Both the position numbers and the translations under genes were made by a program. Source: Callorhinchus milii (taxonomy: Eukaryota). From it: DNA of 64,000 nt. Every line of letters starts with the position of its first letter. The first letter of the stretch is position 1. The DNA lies in assembly GCF_018977255.1 (NCBI RefSeq), contig NW_024704743.1, positions 38,256,001-38,320,000 of the forward strand. The letters run 5' to 3'. The notes under the pieces were generated by a model that was given only the letters and a program-made list of their open reading frames with translations, had not been told where the DNA came from and made no database searches. Of this stretch, positions 63,701-64,000 are shown in pieces.

Positions 63701-64000
63701 TCCCAAATTAGTGCTGAGCTAATTTAAATATGGACTGAGCTAACCGTTTAAATACAGACTTCACCAACAGGATATGTTGGATGAACTAATGGTCCTGGCG
63801 TGTTGCTTCCATCTATTTTCTGCTAACAAAATGTTGAAAACATTAAAAAAAATTGTATTCTATTCTACGTAATTTGATTCAAAATAAAATGGACCGAACC
63901 ACTATATTAAAGTTCTCTTTTTACCATTGAGAATGCAGTGCCGCAAAGTAGTGGGAAAAGAATTTGGATCCAGTGATTCTGCATTCATGGAACGCTTGAC

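Overview
Vertebrate nuclear DNA. The repeat content (Deu-domain SINEs, L2 and CR1 LINE relics) suggests a cartilaginous fish such as the elephant shark or another chimaera; this is inference. The whole window lies inside a TRIO (triple functional domain Rho-GEF) gene on the + strand. Nineteen GT-AG-bounded exons (1091-42036, 2440 nt, about 813 codons, one open frame) encode the last spectrin repeats, the Rac1/RhoG GEF1 module (DH1-PH1) and the first SH3 domain; from memory these are about human exons 16-34. Two large introns flank the SH3 exon (23581-41792, and 42037 to beyond the window). They contain several phase-compatible candidate alternative exons: ATG-initiated first exons at 29034-29129 and 58078-58186, a weaker one at 43308-43401, a 33-nt cassette microexon at 61938-61970, and candidate terminal exons at 38193 and 28576. 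Together these suggest a Kalirin-7/Duet-like isoform system in this TRIO, which is unverified. The introns hold many retroposon relics, two related copies of an unclassified TIR-bounded element (5901-6374, 56072-56796) and a perfect 16-bp hairpin. There are no prokaryotic features, CRISPR arrays or intact RNA genes.
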